Of a DNA stretch of 64,000 bases, positions 1-7,898 are shown one piece after another. The DNA comes from Alphaproteobacteria bacterium (lineage in GTDB: Bacteria > Pseudomonadota > Alphaproteobacteria > RF32 > CAG-239), in assembly GCA_045613125.1 (NCBI GenBank), contig JAZLAM010000022.1, positions 77,813 through 141,812 of the forward strand, read 5' to 3'. Numbering within the stretch: the first letter of the stretch is position 1; each line of letters begins with the position of its first letter. The translations under genes were made by a program, and so were the position numbers. The notes beneath the pieces were generated by a model that worked only from the letters and a program-made list of their open reading frames with translations, had not been told where the DNA came from and made no database searches.

Positions 1-381
1 AAGTTTCCTTTCAATTTCTGCTGCCAAACCAAAAGCAAAAGCCAAAACTTTGCTTTGTATATCATTACCCAAGCGATAATTTTCTTTTATAGTCCAGACT
101 TGGCACTCTTTATTAAGACACGTTTCTAAAATATGCATCACTTCAAGCAGAGAACGCCCTAGACGAGATATTTCACATGAAATTAAAATATCGCCACTTG
201 TTAATTCATCTAATAATTTTCCCAATTTTCTCATGCGCAACGATTTTCGAGATGAAATTTTTTCTTCCACCCATTTATTAATTTTCAACTTATTAAGTTT
301 AGCAAAACGTTCCAACTCATATTTTTGATGCTCTAATGTTTGTTTTGAAGAACTTACACGAATATAACCAATTACAGACAT
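1..381 (-). CDS. Serine recombinase (resolvase/invertase family), N-terminal catalytic domain; C-terminal HTH part runs off the window
   Basis: Reverse-strand translation from ATG at 379-381: MSVIGYIRVSSSKQTLEHQKYELERFAKLN...GDILISCEISRLGRSLLEVMHILETC. The YIRVSS.(K)Q catalytic-serine motif and RLGRS are typical of resolvase/invertase. An RBS-like AAAGGAT lies upstream. Not in the ORF track because it is truncated by the window edge. Confidence 0.7.
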   Translation of the reverse strand, partial: MSVIGYIRVSSSKQTLEHQKYELERFAKLNKLKINKWVEEKISSRKSLRMRKLGKLLDELTSGDILISCEISRLGRSLLEVMHILETCLNKECQVWTIKENYRLGNDIQSKVLAFAFGLAAEIERKL

Positions 382-484
382 TTTTTATCCTTTCTAATTT
401 TTTTAATTTAAACAGTGAAAATTGTTTATCAAATGCAAGTGTTAAAAATAGCGTTCAAAAAAGTAGAAAATTTTCAAAAATATG

Positions 485-511
485 AAATAAAATATTGACA
501 ATATTTTATTT
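485..511. promoter_or_regulatory. 27-bp perfect palindrome (AAATAAAATATTG a CAATATTTTATTT) centred on a TTGACA -35-like hexamer, in the divergent region between the recombinase and the operon
   Basis: Read directly: two 13-bp arms around a single central A. TTGACA at 495-500, then a 17-nt spacer and TAACAT at 518-523. Candidate operator or recombinase binding site. Confidence 0.35.
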
Positions 512-529
512 ATGAAATAACATACAGAT

Positions 530-644
530 GTTCGGGTGCTTGAGGGCAATAGGCACGAACAAACAGACTTGGCCAGTCATCGGTAGTAAAAAGAAGGGAT
601 AGTCCCTTTTTGATGAGTTGGCCTTTCGAAAGAGAGGTTTTTTT
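530..644 (+). promoter_or_regulatory. GC-enriched, structured 5' leader upstream of the six-gene operon (possible riboswitch or attenuator)
   Basis: About 115 nt, noticeably GC-richer than its surroundings. Nested complementarity ggccagtcatc...gatgagttggcc encloses agggatagtccct followed by a U-run. The RBS AGAGAGG at 631-637 lies 7 nt before the ATG at 645. Confidence 0.3.
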
Positions 645-1175
645 ATGTTTAAATATCAACATGGTTTTTGTATCATTCGCTGTCAGCCTTTTCATATCGG
701 TCATGACAGATTGATTAAGAAAATGATGGAAGAATGTGCATATGGCACTGTTGTAATCGGTTCTGCTCAAGAAAGCGGAACTGAAAAAAATCCGTTACCT
801 TATTTTGTTCGCAAAAAAATGATACAAAATGTTTGGCGAAACAATGAAGCTTATGCACGCTTAAGAATCGTCGGAATAAAAGACATAAATAACATACCTT
901 GGAATATACACGTATTAGAAACTATTAAAAAAGAGCAATCAGATAAACCTAAACCTGACATAATTTATGTTGGCGATGAAAGTGAATATTTATTTTTCAA
1001 AAATGATGTTCCAAATGTTGGTATTTGTTCTCGAACCACACAAAACTTTCCGTTTTTATCAGGAAATATGGTTCGTGATATGATTGCTTTAAAAGATATA
1101 AGATATAAAGAATTTGTTCATCCGGAAAATATCGAGCTTATTGAAAAAAGCTTTTATGAGGATGAAAAAAACTAG
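645..1175 (+). CDS. NadM-type (archaeal-like) NMN/nucleotide adenylyltransferase-like cytidylyltransferase-fold protein
   Basis: MFKYQHGFCIIRCQPFHIGHDRLIKKMM matches the (R/G)FQPFH.GH nucleotide-binding signature of NadM-type NMNATs. ATG at 645 has a good RBS; the track start at 618 is a TTG extension. Confidence 0.55.
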   Translation: MFKYQHGFCIIRCQPFHIGHDRLIKKMMEECAYGTVVIGSAQESGTEKNPLPYFVRKKMIQNVWRNNEAYARLRIVGIKDINNIPWNIHVLETIKKEQSDKPKPDIIYVGDESEYLFFKNDVPNVGICSRTTQNFPFLSGNMVRDMIALKDIRYKEFVHPENIELIEKSFYEDEKN

Positions 1176-1268
1176 AAGAAACAATGGTGTTTCTTACCAT
1201 GATTTGGGTCTTGTAGGGACAGTCGAGACAAATCATAATTTAACAACCTACTGTCGAGGAGAAAAAAT

Positions 1269-2462
1269 ATGAATAAAATTAATCAAAACATTCGTTATGT
1301 TGGCACATCTGCTTTTGGCATCAGAATGCCAATTATTCTTGAAGGTGATGACATTAGCAACATCATATCAAACACATTAATTGAAGCAACAAAAACATCG
1401 TATCAACCACTTATCATAAATAATGGTGATATTATCGGCATTACGGAATCTTTCTTAGCGCGCGCACAAGGAAACTATATCACTTTAGATGATATAGCTA
1501 AAGATGTAGCAAAAAAATTTCCGGAAGGTGACGTTGCCGTTGCTTTTCCAATTCTTTCACGCAACAGATTTGCAAAAATTTTGGAAGGTATAGCAAGAGG
1601 TGTAAAAAGAAAAGTATATGTATGTCTTTCTTATCCTGCCGATGAAGTCGGAAATGCCATAATGGATGAAGATGATTTATTTAATTCGGACATTAATCCT
1701 TATACCGATATAATAACCAAACAAGATTTTCTCAATAAATTTGGGGTTTTTCACCACCCTATTACAGGGTCAGACCATATCAAAATGTATGAAAATATAT
1801 CTGATAACATTGAAGTTGTATTGTTAAACAATCCTAAGGACATCTTAAAATTTACAAAACAAATTATAGTTTCGAGTATTCATATACGTCATCGTCAAAA
1901 ACAAATCTTAATCAAAGAAGGTGCAACGGCCTATACTTTAGATGAAATTTGCAACACTCCGTCACCGACAAGAGGTTGGAGCGAATATGGGGTGTTGGGT
2001 TCTAACTATTCTGATAAAGACAGACTTAAACTATTTCCCAGAAACTCTATGGAATTTTGCCATAATTTACAGCAATTATTAAAAGAAAAAACCGGAAAGC
2101 ATATTGAAGTTATGATATATGGTGACGGTGGTTTTAAGTGTCCTAAAACCAAAATTTGGGAATTTGCCGATCCGGTTGTATCTCCTGGATATACTAAAGG
2201 ATTAGAAGGTATGCCTAATGAAATTAAAATTAAAGCTGTGGCTGATAACAATAAAGATAATCCGGAAGAAGCAATAAAAAAAGCAATAAATGATAAAAAT
2301 AAGGCAAATGGTTTTTATTCTATCGGAACAACTCCAAGACAGATAACTGATTTGTTAGGCTCTCTTTGCGATTTAACAACAGGATCCGGCGAAAAAGGAA
2401 CACCTGTTGTTTACATCAAAGGCTATTTTGATAACTACTTAACCGAAGCTCCTAAAGACTAA
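1269..2462 (+). CDS. Hypothetical enzyme with a possible CofE-like (F420-0:gamma-glutamyl ligase family) fold
   Basis: IRMPIILEGDDISNIISNTLI...NNGDIIGITESFLARAQGNY resembles the CofE N-terminal pattern (GDDLaelI...DGDVvvVt.KivSKAEGR). Weak and from memory only. At 397 aa it is longer than canonical CofE. Confidence 0.3.
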   Translation: MNKINQNIRYVGTSAFGIRMPIILEGDDISNIISNTLIEATKTSYQPLIINNGDIIGITESFLARAQGNYITLDDIAKDVAKKFPEGDVAVAFPILSRNRFAKILEGIARGVKRKVYVCLSYPADEVGNAIMDEDDLFNSDINPYTDIITKQDFLNKFGVFHHPITGSDHIKMYENISDNIEVVLLNNPKDILKFTKQIIVSSIHIRHRQKQILIKEGATAYTLDEICNTPSPTRGWSEYGVLGSNYSDKDRLKLFPRNSMEFCHNLQQLLKEKTGKHIEVMIYGDGGFKCPKTKIWEFADPVVSPGYTKGLEGMPNEIKIKAVADNNKDNPEEAIKKAINDKNKANGFYSIGTTPRQITDLLGSLCDLTTGSGEKGTPVVYIKGYFDNYLTEAPKD

Positions 2463-2473
2463 GGAGACAGAAA

Positions 2474-2992
2474 ATGAGTTTAGATCTTAAAAAGAGATTT
2501 GCAAAAATCTCTTATACCATTCGTCACAAAAAGGCTTTTCTGAAAGTTGAAAAAAAGCTCAGAGGAAAAAACACTTGGAGGGGATATTTGCATGACATCG
2601 ATAAACCTTTTTTATATCTGTCTTTATGGATAAAATTTGAAGACATTCAAAAAATTCATAGAAAACATTGTAAACATCATGTCAGAAATAATCTTACAAA
2701 AACAAAAGATGATCTGATAGATACAATTATAGATTGGGAATGCGCTCACATTACAAAGCCTGATAAACCTCTTAATGCGTATGAAACTTTATTGAAATTT
2801 TACCCTGATAAAAAAGATGAGTTTTTACCGATTATAAGAGAACTTTTACCTGAGCAAATCAAAGAAGCTTGCCTTAAGGAAAAACGCCGAGTTATCACAG
2901 AATATTTACGTTTTCAGTCAAACTCTTTACAGTCTTCGTCACTTCCTAAGGCTTCTCTTATCAAAAGTTATACAACTAATATAGGGAGGTAA
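2474..2992 (+). CDS. Hypothetical protein, candidate HD-domain phosphohydrolase; paralog of the 26411..27310 gene
   Basis: YLHDIDKP resembles the LHDIGK HD motif, with further His/Asp downstream (HRKHCKHH, DTIIDWE). The block DWECAHITKPDKPLNAYETLLKFYP is shared with DWECAAITKPDKPLNAFETALHFYP in the paralog. Confidence 0.35.
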   Translation: MSLDLKKRFAKISYTIRHKKAFLKVEKKLRGKNTWRGYLHDIDKPFLYLSLWIKFEDIQKIHRKHCKHHVRNNLTKTKDDLIDTIIDWECAHITKPDKPLNAYETLLKFYPDKKDEFLPIIRELLPEQIKEACLKEKRRVITEYLRFQSNSLQSSSLPKASLIKSYTTNIGR

Positions 2993-2995
2993 ATT

Positions 2996-3553
2996 ATGAT
3001 AATATCAGAAATAGGAGCAACAGTCTGCGGATTGTTGCAAGGAACTCTTGTGCTTTTTAATAAGCGAAGCAACTGGATTTTCTACATCGCACAAATCATC
3101 TTTTTTCTTATATTTTCATTTACTAACAAGCTTTATGGAGATGTTTTAGGTAACAGTATTTATCTTCTGTTAGGAATAAGCGGATGGATTTTTTGGAAAG
3201 ATGAAAACAAATTCCGTATAAGTATATGTTCATCAAAAGAAAGATTAGTTTATATCTCTGTCATAGTTGCTGGATCAGTAATTCTGTTTTTATTGCTTAA
3301 CAGAACGCAAGATCCCTTACCTTTTATTGACTCCGTTACAACTGCTTCATCTTTTGTGGCAACATATTATATGGTGAAAAAAAAGTTAGACACATGGATA
3401 ATTTGGTTTGTAAACGACATTTGCTATATTGCTCAATACAGTCTTTTGGAAAATCAAGCATACTATCTTATAGGCTTAAACTCTATTTGGACCTTTATGG
3501 CAATTGCTTCATTTTTTAATTGGCTTAAAATCATGAAAGGATACACAAAATGA
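2996..3553 (+). CDS. PnuC-like nicotinamide-riboside/nucleoside transporter family membrane protein
   Basis: About 6 TM helices at 185 aa. NKLYGDVLGNSIYLLLGISGWIFW fits the PnuC W-rich conserved segment (..NIYGWY.W). Translationally coupled to its neighbours. Confidence 0.5.
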   Translation: MIISEIGATVCGLLQGTLVLFNKRSNWIFYIAQIIFFLIFSFTNKLYGDVLGNSIYLLLGISGWIFWKDENKFRISICSSKERLVYISVIVAGSVILFLLLNRTQDPLPFIDSVTTASSFVATYYMVKKKLDTWIIWFVNDICYIAQYSLLENQAYYLIGLNSIWTFMAIASFFNWLKIMKGYTK

Positions 3554-4062
3554 AAAAAATATATTTTGCCGGTAAGTTTAATAAAAAGAAAGCAAAAGAC
3601 ATTTCTTTGGAAGAAGCTTTAATCGATGATTTTCGCTCCAAACTTTTAGGTAGTCCAAAATTACTGACAACTTATCAGGATAATCTTATTATAAATAATA
3701 AGTTTCAATATTTAGGACCGTTTTACTGTGAACAAGCTTCTAACGGAAACTTCACATCAACAGATTGTAATGAAGTGTTAAATGCCGAATATGAGTTTGT
3801 TCAAAAAAGTGACATTTTTGTTGTAGTTTTCGGCGAAAGTTTTTCGGTAGGCTCTGTTGTGGAACTTGGTTGGGCTCTAAACTCGGATAAAAAAATTATA
3901 ATTTTATATCAAGAAGAAAATTCTTGTTACACCATAAAATCAGAATATTGGTTTGCAATTGCCGATGCCATCAAAAAAAGCCCCAATTTAACAATATGTA
4001 AATATAAAAATTATTCTGAAATATCACTCTTAATTCATCAAATTTTAGAAAAGGAAATTTAA
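3550..4062 (+). CDS. Nucleoside 2-deoxyribosyltransferase / Rcl (DNPH1)-like Rossmann-fold N-glycosidase-family protein
   Basis: N-terminal KKIYFAGKF and DIFVVVFGESFSVGSVVELGWALNSDKKIIILY match the NDT/Rcl family, with Glu in the position of the catalytic nucleophile. ATGA overlap with the upstream gene. Confidence 0.55.
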   Translation: MKKIYFAGKFNKKKAKDISLEEALIDDFRSKLLGSPKLLTTYQDNLIINNKFQYLGPFYCEQASNGNFTSTDCNEVLNAEYEFVQKSDIFVVVFGESFSVGSVVELGWALNSDKKIIILYQEENSCYTIKSEYWFAIADAIKKSPNLTICKYKNYSEISLLIHQILEKEI

Positions 4063-4063
4063 C

Positions 4064-4885
4064 ATGAAATACAAAGAATTTGAACTGATTTTATCATCAT
4101 TTAAATGTAATAAAAATTGTCCATATTGTACCGCTAAAATAACAAAGTGGCCACACGTTAATGATAAAATTGACAATCTTGAAGAAAAACTTCAATATTT
4201 AAAAGAAAAAGATATAAGCTTCAGATATTTTATATTTTGCGGTAATGGTGAACCATCTTTGCATAGTTTTGAAACCATAAATAAAATTGTTCAAGCTACT
4301 CGAAATGTAAATATTTTTGATGAAAAACGTTTCCAATCATCAGGAAATATTTTTCTTGAACAAGAAAAATTTAATTTAATTAAAGATGATTTTACCATTG
4401 AGATAACCAGAGTGGATTTTGACAGCCAAAAAGATATGAAAGTTTTAGGATATACCCAAGACTATATTAACTCTCCTTTATTTTCTCAAGCAAATGTACG
4501 TCTAAATTATGTCATGCTGAAAAATAAAAGTTTTGATGAATATTTAGTGGAAATAAAAAAATATATCGACACATATCCAAACATCAAAACCGTAAGCTTA
4601 AAAACCTTAAATTTAAATACACTTAATGGAAAAATTGATAATCCTTATTCTCGGTGGATTCTTGAACATGCCCTAACCAAAGATGATGCAAAAAATGTTA
4701 TAGATTTTATAAGCAATCATGCAAATGTGATTCATCAAGATGATAAATTTTTTGATAGAATTGAATGGAATTATAAGGGTGTACCAATTACATTTTATAT
4801 AAAAAAATTATCTTACGGCATATCTAACATAGTATATTATGGAGGCGAACTTGTAGACTATCATCTGAATAAATTAAAGATTTAG
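4064..4885 (+). CDS. Small radical SAM enzyme (CX3CX2C; viperin/MoaA-like core)
   Basis: CNKNCPYCTAK (Cys15/19/22), FCGNGEPSL (GGEP-type SAM motif) and a downstream SSGN motif. 273 aa. Starts 2 nt after the upstream gene. Confidence 0.7.
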   Translation: MKYKEFELILSSFKCNKNCPYCTAKITKWPHVNDKIDNLEEKLQYLKEKDISFRYFIFCGNGEPSLHSFETINKIVQATRNVNIFDEKRFQSSGNIFLEQEKFNLIKDDFTIEITRVDFDSQKDMKVLGYTQDYINSPLFSQANVRLNYVMLKNKSFDEYLVEIKKYIDTYPNIKTVSLKTLNLNTLNGKIDNPYSRWILEHALTKDDAKNVIDFISNHANVIHQDDKFFDRIEWNYKGVPITFYIKKLSYGISNIVYYGGELVDYHLNKLKI

Positions 4886-4970
4886 TTTGTAAGAGTTTCT
4901 CTTTATTAAAACACTTGATTTTTAGAATTCATTCATTAAAATAAGCGCTATAAACAGGAGAATAAAAATT

Positions 4971-5984
4971 ATGAAAAAAATCACATTTGTTTTGAGCATT
5001 ATGATGTTAACATCAAACATCGGATACGCTCAGTCAACTTTAGACTTAACCGAAGCCGATTTTTTAGCTCAAATAAATCAATCTGATTTAAAAGAAAAGT
5101 TTGAACTGCTTGATATCAATAGTGATAAAGCTGTTTCCATTACCGAAATTCAAGAACTGATTAATGGTTTAGACCTTATGACGGAGTTTGAAGGAAACAC
5201 AAAAGAAGAAACCGTAGAACAAATTATGCAAGTGTATCAAAATTCTGATACCAATCCAGATAATCTTCTTAAAGATGATGAGATAAATTTGTTTGTAAAC
5301 GATGTTAACATCATTTTTGCAAAGCAACAATTTAAAAAAATGGACCGTAACGGTGATGGCGTTTATGACTATAATGATGTTCCTCCTTTGGAAGAAAGCT
5401 TGGAAAAATTAAAAGAAGCGACAAAAAAATTACAAGAAGCATCTGATAATCTTAATGCTATAGATCAAGAAGTTTTTACTAATAATTTCGTCAAAGGGAT
5501 TAGCGGATCTGTTGCAAAAGAAGACTTCTATCAAATGGATAAAAATCATGATGGATGCGTTACCGTAGATGAGTATGCAGATTACAGAGTTTTGGCCCAA
5601 GACCGAATTGATGAATTTGATGATACTGATACGAATATTGTGCTTACAAGAGATAATTTTGTAGGCTTGTACGCTCATGAAAAGAAACAAAATCCAAATT
5701 GTTTAACTATAGAAGAATATATAAAAAATCAAAAGGCAATTTTTGATGATATAGATAACATGGATGATTTTGAAAATGAAGAAGAATTTGCCATAAAAAT
5801 ATATAAAGATATGGATACCAATCAAGATAATAAATTAACTCTTGAAGAGTATGTAAACTATAATATGATAACAAATGAAATGACAAAAGATGAGCATATC
5901 AATATGTTTAATTCTTATGAAGGGGCTTCAAAAGGTTGGCTAACTAAAGAAGAATTTATTGAATCTTTCATGATGGCTGATTAA
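4971..5984 (+). CDS. Secreted protein with four canonical EF-hand Ca2+-binding loops
   Basis: Signal peptide MKKITFVLSIMMLTSNIGYAQ. Loops DINSDKAVSITE, DRNGDGVYDYND, DKNHDGCVTVDE and DTNQDNKLTLEE fit D-x-[DN]-x-D-G-x-x-x-x-x-[ED]. Confidence 0.6.
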   Translation: MKKITFVLSIMMLTSNIGYAQSTLDLTEADFLAQINQSDLKEKFELLDINSDKAVSITEIQELINGLDLMTEFEGNTKEETVEQIMQVYQNSDTNPDNLLKDDEINLFVNDVNIIFAKQQFKKMDRNGDGVYDYNDVPPLEESLEKLKEATKKLQEASDNLNAIDQEVFTNNFVKGISGSVAKEDFYQMDKNHDGCVTVDEYADYRVLAQDRIDEFDDTDTNIVLTRDNFVGLYAHEKKQNPNCLTIEEYIKNQKAIFDDIDNMDDFENEEEFAIKIYKDMDTNQDNKLTLEEYVNYNMITNEMTKDEHINMFNSYEGASKGWLTKEEFIESFMMAD

Positions 5985-6002
5985 ATCTAAAAGGATATAT
6001 AA

Positions 6003-6506
6003 ATGAAACTATATCATTATGCTCCTAAAGAAAATACAGTTAAAAAAGATGGGCTATTATCTATTTCAAAGGTTGATAGAAATTTGAGCCCATATGCTCA
6101 TCGTGCCGGTTCGGAAAATAAAGAAGATATATTAAAATGGATGGATAGCACATTTTACGGACGTTCTAGGGCTATTTCTTGTTTAACCGAGCAGATAAAA
6201 TGGAAAGGTAATGACCCTGTGTTAAAAAAAATCGTTGAGGTCACAGTGTTATTTTCATTTGAACTTAATGATTTAATAAAAGATGGGTTGGTTGAATCTA
6301 TATGGTGTAAAAACGGTTCTGATGCAAATGGTCTAAATGAACACATTTATCAAGTTATGCCTAGAGAGATAGATTTATCACCTCTTACTTGGGAAAAAGT
6401 AGATACCTCGAAAGGTTTGCTTTATGCCGTAGTAAAACATTATATGGTCGTCTTAAAAGAAGGTTATATTCCACCTAAATATATAACGAAAGAAAATAAT
6501 ATATAA
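6003..6506 (+). CDS. Hypothetical protein
   Basis: 167-aa ORF with an RBS-like aaaggat upstream; no recognisable motif. Confidence 0.3.
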   Translation: MKLYHYAPKENTVKKDGLLSISKVDRNLSPYAHRAGSENKEDILKWMDSTFYGRSRAISCLTEQIKWKGNDPVLKKIVEVTVLFSFELNDLIKDGLVESIWCKNGSDANGLNEHIYQVMPREIDLSPLTWEKVDTSKGLLYAVVKHYMVVLKEGYIPPKYITKENNI

Positions 6507-6617
6507 TGCCATATTGAGAGCATTTAAATAATCATTGACAATTGCAAAATTGTAAATACAATATTTATAAATTTGATTATGCAGACATTATTAATAAAAA
6601 AATAAAATAATTTTCAT

Positions 6618-6878
6618 ATGAAGAAACAATATGTAAGAGGTCATAAAGTGTCCTCATCGACTGAAAAAGTCGAAAACATTAATGTTTTTCCTGACGGATG
6701 TATCGAAGTGATAACCGACCAAGGCTCCGGTTTTATATTATCACCTCAAGTGTTAAAAGTTATTCCTCAAAAGGAAGATTTTATCACTTTTTATACCATT
6801 TTGGTAACTAAAGTAGTCGGGATTGAACTAAACGGCAATCTGCTTTATTGGTTGTCTGATGATGAAGTTTTTAGCTAA
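6618..6878 (+). CDS. Hypothetical small protein
   Basis: 86-aa ORF; weak support. Confidence 0.2.
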   Translation: MKKQYVRGHKVSSSTEKVENINVFPDGCIEVITDQGSGFILSPQVLKVIPQKEDFITFYTILVTKVVGIELNGNLLYWLSDDEVFS

Positions 6879-6941
6879 GCTAATAAGTTTTCGCCTTCTG
6901 ATAAAGACAGAAGGCGTTTTTTATATGCTAAAACAGTTAAA

Positions 6942-7448
6942 TTACCAATTAGTATTATCTAAATATTTTAACATATCGCGTATCAAACTCTTTTCATCTA
7001 CTTTAGCAATTTTATGCAATAAAGGATCTATGATACAATACCCCGATGAACAATGTTGCATAATAAAACGCCCCATGGTATCAGTAAATTTAATGTCAAG
7101 ATAGCTTTGTAAAAATGGTCGATGCTCATAATATTTCTCAAGTTCAAATTCTTTCATCAGCATATTAATCAGATCATTCCGACGCTTACTTACCGGACAA
7201 TCAGCACCAAACCAAATCACTTTTTTATGTGAAGTCTCAAATAACTCTTTAAAATATCCTTTATTACTTGTTGCATATATCTCATCAGGAATAGTTATAA
7301 TTTTTTTCGGCATAATATACATAAATGTCAACACGAGCACCAATACAAACACTACAATTTTAAAATTTGTTTTAAAATTTGAAAATTTTTGTTCTATCGG
7401 GGCTTGAGCCCTTCTTTTCTGATTGATTTCTTGTATTGTAGGCATCAA
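6942..7448 (-). CDS. Hypothetical membrane-anchored protein
   Basis: 168 aa with one N-terminal TM (IVVFVLVLVLTFMYI). No recognised domain. Confidence 0.3.
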   Translation of the reverse strand: MMPTIQEINQKRRAQAPIEQKFSNFKTNFKIVVFVLVLVLTFMYIMPKKIITIPDEIYATSNKGYFKELFETSHKKVIWFGADCPVSKRRNDLINMLMKEFELEKYYEHRPFLQSYLDIKFTDTMGRFIMQHCSSGYCIIDPLLHKIAKVDEKSLIRDMLKYLDNTNW

Positions 7449-7599
7449 CTATCTCCTAGAATAATTTATTTAAATATACAAAATAGCACTTTAAAATCAA
7501 GCATTTTTTACCCTATTTTAAACTGATAATCAGCATTTTTAATAATTACCTCCATCGAAAATATTTTATAGTCCCTATTTTTTTTGTAAACAAGAATCG

Positions 7600-7898
7600 C
7601 TAAAAGTCCTTTATTTACAATACATTCAACGATTTTAAACTGCTCGTTTTAAACGTACGTTTAAATCAAGCAGTTTTTTTGATGTTTTTTACATTTTTTT
7701 ATTTCTTCTAACTGTTTGAAAAACAATAAAAGACAATTTTTAAATTTTACAATTTTCTCATTTTTGCACTGATTAATTTAAACGTACGTTTAAATTACAC
7801 TACTGTTGTGTTTGAAAAGCTTGAAACATAAGCCAAAGCGCTTGGCAAATGTGTTGCTTTTTTAACACTTGTAACGTTACATATAAGGAGACTTAATT
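7600..7898 (+). promoter_or_regulatory. Conserved ~290-bp 5' regulatory/leader region (copy A) with two perfect 18-bp palindromes TTTAAACGTACGTTTAAA
   Basis: Palindromes at 7648-7665 and 7777-7794. A CCAAAGCGCTTGG near-palindrome and the RBS AAGGAGA lie before the ATG at 7899. High identity to 44190-44477. Confidence 0.45.

Noticed and set aside
618-644. The longer N-terminus for the first operon gene (track start 618)
   Set aside because: The codon at 618 is not ATG. An ATG at 645 with a well-spaced AGAGAGG RBS is the more credible start, and the extra residues (MAFRKRGFF) would lie inside the structured leader.
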